Shown: piece after piece, positions 22,471-33,292 of the stretch
How positions within the stretch are numbered: position 1 is the stretch's first letter
Layout of the letters: every line of letters starts with the position of its first letter
Assembly (NCBI GenBank): GCA_023334545.1
Contig: JAADVB010000096.1
Location: 1-61,730 of the forward strand
Length of the DNA: 61,730 nucleotides
Source of the DNA: Salisapilia sapeloensis CBS 127946
Lineage: Eukaryota; Protista; Oomycota
Direction: 5' to 3'
Translations under genes and position numbers: made by a program
The notes under the pieces: model-generated
What the model saw: only the letters and a program-made list of their open reading frames with translations
The model's database searches: none
Told to the model about the DNA's origin: nothing

Positions 22471-23174
22471 ACACACTTGCTACTACTTAATTGATAGAAA
22501 ACTTACACGAATAAAATCAAAAGTTTAATTTTTTCTTTGCTTGCAAAGTATATTGATTCATCAGGATAATCCATGAACAACTACTTTGGCAGCAAAGTCA
22601 CCGGACGAGTTGCCAAAACACCTCGCTAACCACATCGTTCCAGATAAACTTGCCCCCTTCTGTACGATCGGCGTCGTCGTCTCGAACTTTTAGTTCTTCT
22701 TCTTCATCCTGCCCTCATTGAAGTTGTACACGAGCTCCTACGGGTTGTTGGCAAAGTGGAGTGACTTGCCAATTCGAAACCAACGTTCTTCGACCTTTTC
22801 AACTCAAAGCTCAGTTCGGCGAAGTAAGCACTTTCGACGTGGTCCAATGTACTTCTAAGAGAATATCAAAGCCATCACCAATTGTGCCGTTTAGCAATTC
22901 GTCCAGATAGAAGGACAAAAGGGCCATGCGTACTCCCACAAGATAGTCCAGCAAAACTAGAACGACGAGAAATGCAGCGTTATCATGGAGTCCTGTATTC
23001 GCACTTTAGTAGTCATGTCGGAGCTTTTGCTGCATATTATGTGTCTCCGCACTTACTAGAGCTATTGATGATATTGGTACTGTGATCGCACGCGCATGGC
23101 AATTTCAGGCAGCAATCGAGCCTTCAAGTGCACGGTGTACCTTGGACGGTCGTAGACATACTCTGATCCTTTTA

Positions 23175-23615
23175 GAGATGAAGGAACGACTTGTAGATAG
23201 TCTAGACCAGCCCATTAGACACTTTCGGGCATGCTCTATCCATAGGTGCCACAATTGGAATTTTGAAAAACGAGTATGGTCGTCGACTCGAGCTCGCTAC
23301 CTTGGGTTTTGCGCTCGAGGATGTTGTGTTGGCGGCTTGGCAGGTCCGAGGCATACAAAAAGCTAGTCACTCAAAATAACAACGCCGACTGTAAGGAAAG
23401 TGTTCCGAATTCTGGTTCACTAGCTTTTTGTATGATCTCGAACAGTCGCGGATCAAGCGAACACCAGAGTATGCGAACAACGAGGTAGCGATCTCGAGTC
23501 GACCACCAAAACTTTTGTTTTTCGAATGTCCAATTTTGACATGAATAGATAGAGCGCACTCCAAAGCGTATCATGGGATGATCCAGGGGCTCTACATGTC
23601 ATCCCTTGCCTCATG
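23175..23615. repeat. Imperfect long inverted repeat (~195-bp arms, ~50-bp spacer)
   Basis: Exact 16-mer CATACAAAAAGCTAGT at 23352-23367 versus its reverse complement at 23419-23434; GTCGACTCGAG.TCGCTACCT and GCTCTATC blocks are also mirrored. Confidence 0.85.
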
Positions 23616-24247
23616 AGAGCTCGCTGAAAACCCCATCCATCCTTTCAAGTATCTCCACTTGATGTTTGTAGGAACACACCTCAAGGTAGAAAGCGAAAAG
23701 CCAGAGGGTGGAATCTAGACACTCACGAGTAGATTGAGGAGCAAGCGAGTACATCTACCATCCTTCTTGTTATCTTATTAATGTGCCCAGATAAATAGCA
23801 TAACACACCATTTGCTATGAAATCGTTGAAGGTCGTTTCTACAGGTATTAGAGGGCCCATAGCTGGAAGACATCCATATGAAAGATCGGAGGTTGTCTTT
23901 ACGTCGACTGCACTGCTGGAACAACTATGGAGATGAACGAAGAAAAGCTTGCTCTGTTTGTGGGAACCGACTTTGTGTTCGTAGAGCTCTGACTACAATA
24001 GACGATGGACATAATCTCTAGTAAGCCAAGTAGAGAACGTCGCAATAAAGAATCCATCGAAACAATCATGCTTTCAGCTGATCTCGAAAGGACATTGATT
24101 CTACTCTGTTTATCATGGCCTATCTCTATGGCCGAATTGTCTGGAACAAACTCATGACATGGCAGAGTAGTAGATCTTCGTCCCAAGTTACTCTCTTTTG
24201 TTCTCCACAATATACCCCTGACAAGAAATTCGACAACGAATAGCAAA

Positions 24248-26048
24248 ATGGATTATGAAGGGGAAGGAGTCGGATTTAGCCTCATTTACACACTCGTGGA
24301 GCTAGAAGAACCTTATGTGAATATACTAGATACCGAAAATATCCTAGCTCTAGAAGCTACTAGCGAGAAGCTGCGTACAAAGCTGCAAGCAGTCGTAGCG
24401 CTCCGATGTAAGCGAGAGTGCTTCACGACATACCTTCAAGCGACTCTTGCATGCTACCGCATGATGGACTCTGTTCCTTCTGTAGGCTTTAAATACAAGA
24501 TACAAGATTCGGAGAGAGTTTTTAAGAACAAATATGTGCCTAGTAGACGTGGAAAGCTCTGTACATTTCATTGCGGACACTCAGTCCCTTGCGTTGGTCC
24601 GTCAGCAAATCCAGCGGCACTTCTTCAGAGCTTCGGTCATTGCGGACGGACAACCAAGAGTATGCAGTCGATACAAGCGCAATGTACTTGATGCGAAGTG
24701 GAGGTCACTATCTATTCAGTATCTGGCAAACGCCAATCGACAAAGCTTCCTTGGTTCATGAGGATGCTTCAGTCGCACACGCCGAACGTGAGCTACAGAA
24801 AAGCTTACAATCATCACGTCCATCATCCCATTCATCCACTCTATCCCTTCACAAGTGGGAAAAAATCCGGCCGAAAGGATTTGGGCCTGGTCCTCGCAGA
24901 AATCATAGTATGTCGTGTCTACCGTCGAAGATGTGCTCTTGGAGAGCGCTCACAGGCTGCGATCCTCCCGTTGGCTACAATGACATTGCACCTGTCCGTC
25001 GAGTTGTGGTCTTTGGTGGTCAGTCCGAAAGTACACCATTCGATGCCTATAACAATCTCTTCGTCCTCTGCATACGGGATGTAAGGGACGACTCAACGTA
25101 CGCGTCTTCTCTTCATCTGACGTAGCAATGTACCAGTTCTAACTCGCTTTACTATTTACTAGAGACCAAAGTAGCATTCTAGCACAATGGACGCGACCGA
25201 ATGTACTCGGAGATTCGCCATCTCCTCGGTCGGCGCATGCTGCCACAGTCCTATCACCCACAGAGATTTTAATTACCGGTGGAAGTCGAGGTCCATCTCC
25301 AATCTCTAATCTTGAAGCGCTTGTGCTTCATCTAGATAACATTGGAGGTCGGTTGCATGACTTTAATACGTGAATATGTGACCGAGATACTGAGTAAGAC
25401 GTAGGTGGTCAGTGGTCTCCTCTCATGTCCGAGTCTATACCCATGGGGAGGGCGCAGCATAGTGTATACAGGTACTTGGTGTTGCTCAACAAATTACTTG
25501 TACAGGTTCCTTACTTGTGCATTACTCTACTTAGATTATCGAAAGATCAAGTGCTCATCTACGGCGGAAGCCAGGTATCTAGCTCCCTTGTGTTCTCTCC
25601 TTCAGTATCTCTGACCACATACATGTCTATGGCACAGCTCGGCTACTCGAATGGACTCTTGGATGTGCAGCACCTCCAGATCATTCCAAGCAAAGGCGAT
25701 CCTTTCGCCATCAACGCAAAGTGGTCGGTGGCTATTACAGGGGGCGCCAAGCCATGCGGTCGTCGAGGACACAGTGCGACGGTGGTAGGATCCAACATGC
25801 TCGTGTTCGGAGGGCAGAGTGAAGGGACGGGTGAGCTACTTAATGACGTCCATGTCTTGCAGCTACCTCATCTCCAGTGGCACCAACCGCATCTCCTCGG
25901 TCAAGCGCCAAGTCCTCGAAGGGGTTTCAAGATGCAGTACTTTGGTACGACGTGGGTGATCTCCAGTGGCTTTGTCCGGAACGAGGAGAGTCGTAAAGTC
26001 GACCAGCAACTAGCCGAGAATGACGTCCATATGCTTCGGATCGCATAG
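24248..26048 (+). CDS. Kelch-repeat beta-propeller protein (possible N-terminal F-box-like helix); multi-exon, start uncertain
   Basis: Kelch units GPGPRRNHS..VVVFGGQ, SPSPRSAHAATVL..ILITGG, PCGRRGHSATVVGSNMLVFGG and APSPRRG, spread over several frames and separated by short introns. Confidence 0.7.
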
Positions 26049-26197
26049 GAAGGTCGAGAGGTTAGTGCCAAGACATACCAAGGATGACGACAAGTACATC
26101 AAGATAAAAGTAGATTTAAGTCTCGTGTTGCTGAATTATACAATTGGTCAGCAAGATTCTCTTCCAACGTACGTTCGGTGCATAAGACAGCTCGAAA

Positions 26198-26529
26198 TCA
26201 GGTACTCGGCTTTTGATCATCCGGGATCGCAACGAGGTGATCCGACAGCAGACGCGAGACGTCCTTGAACGCAATCCTGTCGACGTGGAAGACCTCGCGC
26301 ATCTCTTCATTCGGCAGCACCACCCGTCCATTCTTTGGATCCTGCAGATTATGTCGCTTTGCATACGCCCAGCTACATCGAACTCCTCAATACCAACACC
26401 ATTCTACCGATTAAGTACATTCATATCGTACAATTCTTTCGTCGCCATCGGTCGAGACATCTCTGCCTTGCCAAACATCTTCTCGAGCGGCGCCGAAAGC
26501 TTATACACGCGCAGAATTCCCCTCGTCAT
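26198..26529 (-). CDS. Small SWIB/MDM2-domain protein; 2 exons
   Basis: MTRGILRVYKLSAPLEKMFGKAEMSRPMATKE, intron 26373-26431, then FWAYAKRHNLQDPKNGRVVLPNEEMREVFHVDRIAFKDVSRLLSDHL. Not shown as a single ORF in the track. Confidence 0.8.
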
Positions 26530-26667
26530 GATCCTTGTGATCTGGTGACAAAATTTCAATTTGCATTCGACTTAAACAAGCGTACCACTCGTGTACCACT
26601 TCATCTACAAGCGCAACTAGAAGCCAACACCAACTAGAATATCGTCGGATCTTGCACCTCGAGCACT

Positions 26668-29463
26668 TCAGGCCAAAATCCCATTGGACTTGTATTGGAA
26701 CCAATCGTACTGCCGCGTGCCGAGGTGGTCCAGACTCTTGTCGACAATCTTCCCTGCCATGCGGCCAATCTCCTCCGGCGATTCGTCCACGCCAAGTCGC
26801 CGCTTCAACCGACGAATGATCTTGACTGGCGAAGTGCTGATGAAACACGGAAAGCACGAGATCTTGGACGACAGCGACACGAGCGAGATGATCTGCTTGG
26901 CTTCCAAGTGGAGCGCCATGAGCCCTTGATGCACCAACTGTCGAAACTCCTCGACACCTGCAGGCCCCATGATCTCGGCCATCTCGGCCGTGAACTTGAA
27001 CGGCGCCGTCTCGCGACTAAACGAGTTTCCAGGCGCGATCCCGAGCACAAAGCCAAAGTCAATGTGCACGACATGTCCATCCCTCTGGAGCATAATGTTG
27101 CCATTATGTCTGTCCTTGACGAGGAAGATGTACGAGAAGAGACTATACGCCGCCATGCTCGAGATAAAGTTCCTTCGCGCCTGTTCCAGCCGCAACGGAT
27201 CCGGCTCTCCAGTCCACGGGTCGCGTCCACAAGCTGTCTGGAAGATCTGCGCCAGAGAAGTCGACTGGTGCAGCTTATGCGCCTTCTTCTTCAACCCATC
27301 GATCGACTGGGCATCGACAATCGTCTCCATGACACCACAATCTCGTCCAGTGCATACGATCGTATAGAACTTCATCCAGAGGTCAATATGATGCTTCTGG
27401 AAGATCAACTGGAAGAGTTTGACGCCTTGGAGGACAAACACCTCCTGCCGCATATCGTCAAAGCTCTTGGCGATCACAGGCATCAACGACCAGCCTTCAT
27501 ACTGTCCATACGCACTCTGCTCTCGAAGGCGATCCGACAGCTCGTCAAAGGGTTCGCCAAAGTAGGCGCATTGATGACAAGACGTCGAGGTCGCAGAGTC
27601 GCCAATCGACTCTTCCTCCGATACTTGAGAGATATCCGAGTCCGACGGGTCAGGAGACTCCTTGTCTTCCAGTCGATTCGATAGAAAGTGAGGACCAGTC
27701 GACTGGTGCATCGGACTCTCCGAGTACGTACTCTCGCTACCAGTATCCTCATTGTCCGTCTCGACCGTCACGAGGTCTCGAACGTACGACTCGACTACAT
27801 TCCCATCCAAGTAGTTCAAAATGTCCACTTGAGCTTCGTGCCCCAACACACGTGTTGCAGTCGAGTTCCTCTGCATCGACTCTCGTAGCAAAGACGCAGA
27901 AGACGACGTATGTGGATTCCCTTCCCGTCGGAAACGCTCGTCTAATGCTGCATGCTCCAGATTTGAACGCACTGCTTCGAAGTACACGAGCGTCGGCGCA
28001 CGTTCCTTGGTGGAGAAGACGGTGCCTTGATCCGACAGCAGCTGGACTATCGTATGCAGAGGCTTGGTCACTCGATCCAGTGGCAGGAAGGATGCCGGAC
28101 GAACGCAATCTCCTTCCTTCATCTCCTCCAACAAGGCCGGCAGCTCCTTCTTCCGGTCCGACGGCACTTCCACCGACTGCTTCAGGTAGATCGTCAAGTC
28201 TGTGAGCAGACTCACGAGCTGGAAGGTGTCTCCAAAGAGCTGCAGCGCAGGCGCGTTCATCTCCATCAACGTCGTGTCGTCCAACTGTCGCTGTTGGATC
28301 GCCTGCTTGTCCTCCTCCGTGACAATCGTCTCGAGGCCGACATCCCTCGCTGGAAAAGGGTCTAAAAAGTTCCGGTGCATGTACAATTGCTGCCGAACTT
28401 GCTTGGAGCTGACGCCAAGCTCGACGTCCGTGCGTGCGAGGACCCACTCGTAGAACGGCGTGTCTCGCTGGCTGTGGACGTAGACCTCTCGAGAGCAATT
28501 GTACAGGCGCAGGAACTTGCTCTCCAACGTCCGACGCTGATGATCCGGAGCCGTCGCGAACAGGAGCTCATGCAGGACACTGTGCTCGACACCAAACGTC
28601 ACGTGCGTCGTGAAGAAGAGCATGCAGACGATGTAAAAGCCGCGAGAAAAGTCGCCGCTCGTCATGGCGTCCCAGTGGGCTGCGAGACACTCCCACGTCG
28701 TCTTGACCGCCAGTGGGACGCATCGACGACAGACTGCGGCAAGGAAGAAGAGGTACAAGGCACGGGAACTAGGAGGCGCGTCCATGAGGTGGCAAAAGCC
28801 CCAGCTGAGGAACTGCGGCCAATAAAAGTCTAGCACATCGACGCAGTACTCGACATTCTTAATCAACTGCGCTAGGACGACTTGGAGCATGAACGGATGG
28901 TTCTTGTACTTGTACATGGCCGCCAAGAGCCCCATCGGACCTAGCTGACCGGACTGCAGGTGCTTGGCCATCTGGTATTTGGGTTCGTGACTGAAGAAGC
29001 GCCAGCGCACGAGCTTCGACAGACCTCCGGCACGAACAACCGAGTCGTAGTACTGGATCGTCTCGTCCAGAAGCGTCAGGAGACGCTGTCGCTCCATGCA
29101 GTCTGTGCAGACGAGCGATTTGTCCACACTGCGTCGGACGTCTTGGCTGCTGCGTCGAATAGACGTCAGGACGCAATAGTTGCTGCAGTGCTCTTTACAA
29201 AAGCGATTTCGACACGATTGACACTCCTTGCCACGAGAAATGATCCACCCGAGACGTACATTGCATCGATGGCAAGTGTCTTCCATGCCGGTGGAGCTGC
29301 GCCTCATGTTCTCCTGGACGAACGAGATGTTGGTGAGAGACGAGACGCGACGCATACGTCCGCTGGACTCGGCGTCCGAGCTACTGTGGCTCTTCTGCCG
29401 CTCCACGTCCTTCTTCTTCTTCGATCGCTTCTCCTCGATACTGCTCGAGACGTTCTCGTCCAT
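26668..29463 (-). CDS. Phosphatidylinositol 4-kinase with N-terminal FYVE-like zinc finger (terminal exon)
   Basis: FSTKERAP, VIAKSFDDMRQE, VKDRHNGNIM, HIDFGF, FKFTAEM and YDWFQY motifs; C8 finger CHRC..CQSC..FCKEHC..CTDC. Confidence 0.93.
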   Translation of the reverse strand: MDENVSSSIEEKRSKKKKDVERQKSHSSSDAESSGRMRRVSSLTNISFVQENMRRSSTGMEDTCHRCNVRLGWIISRGKECQSCRNRFCKEHCSNYCVLTSIRRSSQDVRRSVDKSLVCTDCMERQRLLTLLDETIQYYDSVVRAGGLSKLVRWRFFSHEPKYQMAKHLQSGQLGPMGLLAAMYKYKNHPFMLQVVLAQLIKNVEYCVDVLDFYWPQFLSWGFCHLMDAPPSSRALYLFFLAAVCRRCVPLAVKTTWECLAAHWDAMTSGDFSRGFYIVCMLFFTTHVTFGVEHSVLHELLFATAPDHQRRTLESKFLRLYNCSREVYVHSQRDTPFYEWVLARTDVELGVSSKQVRQQLYMHRNFLDPFPARDVGLETIVTEEDKQAIQQRQLDDTTLMEMNAPALQLFGDTFQLVSLLTDLTIYLKQSVEVPSDRKKELPALLEEMKEGDCVRPASFLPLDRVTKPLHTIVQLLSDQGTVFSTKERAPTLVYFEAVRSNLEHAALDERFRREGNPHTSSSASLLRESMQRNSTATRVLGHEAQVDILNYLDGNVVESYVRDLVTVETDNEDTGSESTYSESPMHQSTGPHFLSNRLEDKESPDPSDSDISQVSEEESIGDSATSTSCHQCAYFGEPFDELSDRLREQSAYGQYEGWSLMPVIAKSFDDMRQEVFVLQGVKLFQLIFQKHHIDLWMKFYTIVCTGRDCGVMETIVDAQSIDGLKKKAHKLHQSTSLAQIFQTACGRDPWTGEPDPLRLEQARRNFISSMAAYSLFSYIFLVKDRHNGNIMLQRDGHVVHIDFGFVLGIAPGNSFSRETAPFKFTAEMAEIMGPAGVEEFRQLVHQGLMALHLEAKQIISLVSLSSKISCFPCFISTSPVKIIRRLKRRLGVDESPEEIGRMAGKIVDKSLDHLGTRQYDWFQYKSNGILA

Positions 29464-30383
29464 CTAGTTCAGTCGTTAGAAGCCGAGGATGGATAGGTCA
29501 AGACTAGATGCTACATGATCAAAGTTAAAGACGCGCTGCGAACGGTCGTCTACGTCCGACAAGACAGATGCAGCCATCTTCCGATGGGAAAAGAGGAGAC
29601 CGAATGCATCCTCTGAGTCAATGTCTTTGGATGCACTCTGGTAGAACTGGCGATGGGGACCATACTGCTCCGAGGAGTTCCCATTCGGACGTCGGTGATC
29701 CGTCACGTGCGTAGACGACACCTCACTGCTTTCGACGTAGCCCTGCCACTTCTGTCGCTCTTCCAGAGATTCGACATCACACGTGACGATGAACTAGTGC
29801 ATGTAGAATAGAGAATCAGATTTTGATACATACAAGTAGCTCTGTTGATACAGTACCTCTCCTTCGTCATCTTGAAAGCAGATAGGATATTGCAGCGGTG
29901 ACTCGTCCTCCGTTTCGACCATCTTGTCCACAATACGCTGCATGTGCGTGTCCGAGGTACCTCCTCCCTTCTCTCCAATACGAATGGAACAAGAGCCAGG
30001 GATACGGATTGCTCGAAGCTGCATCGAGCCTACAAAGACAGCTTTATCCGCTCCTTCCTCGTCCGTCTCGACGTCACTTGAAGTCGCTCGAGCCCACCAC
30101 TGCAGGACGCCCGACGGTTCTAAAACGCACATGTACCAATGTCCTTCGGAAAGTCGAGTTGCGACGGAAGTGGCATCCTCTGCTGCAATGTCTTTTATCA
30201 ACGTACGCTCACAGAACTGGAGCCGACCTTGGCATCGAGACGCGGACATGACGCTCGCCCAAGTACTTGGCAGAAGACGTCCAAATTTTTTATACAGTCG
30301 GCGAATGTATGTCTGCTACAAGATAGACACCCACGAAGCCGACGTCCCACCTGAGTTTCAAGCACAGATAATGACGGATCCAT
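29464..30383 (-). CDS. PH-domain-encoding exons, probably the 5' part of the PI4K gene
   Basis: Spliced reading gives YIRRLYKKFGRLLPSTW...WYMCVLEPSGVLQWW...EGE|FIVTCDVESLEERQKWQGYV (PH C-terminal helix Trp). Candidate intron 29464-29514 (GTAGCA...CTAAC...TAG) joins in frame to the PI4K ATG. Confidence 0.6.
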
Positions 30384-30782
30384 TCAAGCAGTCTCATCAC
30401 CCGTAGATTTCGTTTCTCGTTACTAGTCAAGGAAAGACAATGGACGAAGGGCTTATATCGACTATAGCCGCAAGGGGCGGTCTCATCGATCGAAAGCTTC
30501 TTAACATATGCTTTGAACTTATTAAGACTATCTACCTCCCGATCAGCAGTAGCTTGTCGATTCTAGCTAAAACGCTCGTGGTGTACAGCACAGAGAGAAC
30601 GGAAGGAAGTGTCTACGCTACCGCTCTCGGTCGAGTGCAACTTAACTTCAATATAGTAACCGTTTAAACCGATACGTTCCGAAATGCTTGCGTCGCAACC
30701 GCAGCCATCTCGCTAATGCTTGTCAACGTTGTCGCAAATTAGACTCGAGAGCTAAATCTATCTCGTACCAATCAGCGCCTAC

Positions 30783-31910
30783 ATGACCAGAACGACCATG
30801 CCTTCCTCTATAGCTGCTCAGTACCGCCTTGTAAAGCTCCGAAAGGAAGAGCTGCTAGTCCAATGCAAACAAGACGACTATGAAATGTGGGGAGGACCTC
30901 AACTGACTGCCGAGCAGTACCAAGAGAAAGAGGCTCGCCAACGGTCCACATCATTCTCCAAGCAAGGATCCATCTTCTGGGCACTCGTATCGAAGCGCGA
31001 TGCGTCCGACACACTCGACACTGATGATGACCTTCACGCTGGAACAGATCCCATATGCTGCCACTGTGAAAGCCATCGCTTCGAGTGTCTCGTGCGCACT
31101 GCCAATGGAGATGTCGTCCGAGGCTATTCCTACCACATTGGCTCCGTCTTCACTTTGCCAGCGTACCGGAAGCAAGGTCTCGCCACCTTCTTCCTCCAGT
31201 TGATTGCAAGCGAACTACAAAGCCTCCCAGACACGTACGCCTCGGTCTTATACTCGGACATCGGCCCTCGTTTCTACGATCAATTGGGATGGAAGTGCTA
31301 TCCAAGCAAAGAGGCTTCCATGGCACTTGACTCCAGTAAGAACACGCAAACCATGGAGTCTACGTCACCTCAAATCGGAGAAGCACTTTACCTAGATGAC
31401 AGGTTGAAACAAGTACTGGATGTAGACAACAAGCGAACGGAAGAAAGTCTCAAACTAAAGCAAGAGAAGGAAGTCTTGGCTGTGCTACCGACAAAGGAAG
31501 CGATGGAATGGACATTTTGTGTTGGTCAAGTGTATGCCCACGTAAGAGAGTACAAGGAGATTCCGACCCAATGTGGCCTCTACATTGACCCGGAGGCTTT
31601 TGTCCTCTGGCTACACAACTTTAAGGAATCGGCACTCTACCTCCTGCACGCTCGCTTACCAGAATCTCGCCCAGACGCCATTCTACACCTCATAGCCGCT
31701 TCCTTCGTCGAAGCAAAAAAATATGGTCTAGCGACAGTCAAGCTATGGGCACCTCCATCTGTCCTCCACTCGGAGGCAGTATCCAATGCCCTGGACATTT
31801 CCTTTTACGACCGAGACGATTCGCTCTCCAGTGCCATGGTGTTCCCACCTGATCACGCGGCTGCTTCACTTCCCGAATGGATAGATAACGAAAAGTTCTG
31901 TTGGGTCTAG
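30783..31910 (+). CDS. GNAT-family acetyltransferase (LYC1-like), paralog 1
   Basis: WGGPQLTAEQY, IGSVFTLPAYRKQGLAT (acetyl-CoA motif A), SVLYSDIGPRFYDQLGW, WIDNEKFCWV. Confidence 0.85.
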   Translation: MTRTTMPSSIAAQYRLVKLRKEELLVQCKQDDYEMWGGPQLTAEQYQEKEARQRSTSFSKQGSIFWALVSKRDASDTLDTDDDLHAGTDPICCHCESHRFECLVRTANGDVVRGYSYHIGSVFTLPAYRKQGLATFFLQLIASELQSLPDTYASVLYSDIGPRFYDQLGWKCYPSKEASMALDSSKNTQTMESTSPQIGEALYLDDRLKQVLDVDNKRTEESLKLKQEKEVLAVLPTKEAMEWTFCVGQVYAHVREYKEIPTQCGLYIDPEAFVLWLHNFKESALYLLHARLPESRPDAILHLIAASFVEAKKYGLATVKLWAPPSVLHSEAVSNALDISFYDRDDSLSSAMVFPPDHAAASLPEWIDNEKFCWV

Positions 31911-32004
31911 ACACTATGTCCGTGTTCGTGCTGGATACCGATTCGGGAAATCAGGAATTCGCATTTTGCAATTCTATTCATGGCACTCGAATCAGCAAAC
32001 TCTG

Positions 32005-33130
32005 CATTCGCTGAGAATAGCCGATTTTGCTTTGCACTTGCCATTGGAAACCTAACGAAGCACTTCAATATAAATTTCCCACCAAACTAGGAATACAAAA
32101 GCAAATGATCGGTGATGCCGATGGATTCGCCACTTCATATTGTTGGTCTAAATTGCCTCTCGAGCTCTATCCTCTGTTAGAATTGAGATTTTCATTGCCA
32201 TACCCTTTGTAACATGAGTTGTGTGGAAATTGCAACATGCGGATGACGTTTTCGGAACGAAGTAGGTCTGAGTCGAAATACCCTTCGACATAATCTACCT
32301 TTTCCGTCGATTAGAAAGAGAGAAATTATCGAGGCATGATACTGGTCACAGCTCGCATGTTCTCGTTCTTATATTGCATATTTTGCGTCGCATAATATCT
32401 GATTGCCCTCTCAACAAATATGACCTTGCTTCATTTTAGTCTATTTCTGTCTTAGGATGCAATCAAGAAAAAAACAGCTACGAGAAGACTTCAAGGCACG
32501 CCTGGGTCTCGACATGTGCAAATTTGAAAAAGCGCGGGAAACAGTCACTAGACTTGGTGAGCTCTTCGATTTACTTGCGCTATTGATCCCTTCGCTATTA
32601 TTTTGGAACAGACACAGTACAGTGGTGGACGAAATAATTGAGCGATATTTGTGACTCGCACTGTACGCAGTCCCACTGAATTGGCTTTTTTCAAAGATTC
32701 ACTTTTATTAAAATTTATCTTTGGAATCCAAGTTGGACTCTCCTGCCTAGTCGACAGTAGGTGCTAGATCATCCATTCGCTACATTATTTCCTCCCTGAA
32801 ACCTGCAAACGGTTCTTGTCGTATTGCCCAGGGTCCCACTGAATTGGCGAAGAGCTCACTAGTGCAAGTAAATCGAATGCAACTTCAACCTGGATGACTT
32901 CCAACGGTATGCTCGACACTCTTCTCTGCTCAAACATGACAGAGGAATAGACGATATTTGTGGATGGGGATGGAAAGGTGGATAGCCACGCAAGGCTAGG
33001 ACGAACCGCCAAAGACTTAGGCATTTATTCTTACTATAGTGTTTGCATGCTTGTTTTCATAGTGCCTACTATGCCTGACATAATACCTGAGTACCCTCTC
33101 AACAAACACGGCCGACGTAATGAACATATA
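32005..33130. repeat. Degenerate dispersed repeat, copy 2 (partly duplicated, interrupted by a LINE fragment)
   Basis: Blocks homologous to 17480-18110; foldback arms begin at 32565 and end at 32877. The block CATAAT.CCTGA...CTCTCAACAAA occurs twice (~32380 and ~33075). Confidence 0.8.
32686..32832 (-). mobile_element. 147-bp 3'-end fragment of the same LINE family as 19667-20243
   Basis: Minus strand ends GGCAGGAGAGTCCAACTTGGATTCCAAAGA...AATAAA...A6, matching GGCAGGAAAATCCAATTGGATTCCAAAGA at ~20185. Perfect 16-bp TSD GTCCCACTGAATTGGC at 32670-32685 and 32833-32848. Confidence 0.85.
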
Positions 33131-33292
33131 TACCTCCAGCGGTTCATTCTTTTGAGGCAAAGAGCTTGGTTTCAGTCGCTCCTCATAGCATGTGAAAGCT
33201 ACCACGGAAGTAGACATTTCGATGCTCAATACCTTTGTACACATTCCTCATAAATCTATCGCATACGCTTCCCGCAGGAGCTACTCGCATTC

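Noticed and set aside
22560-22870. Minus-strand coding-like relic (FANNP*ELVYNFNEGRMKKKN*KF)
   Set aside because: Stops in all frames and no family I can recognise; left unannotated pending BLASTx.
23620-24245. Possible pseudogene 5' of the kelch gene
   Set aside because: Multiple stops and no identifiable homology; cannot tell a relic from UTR or promoter.
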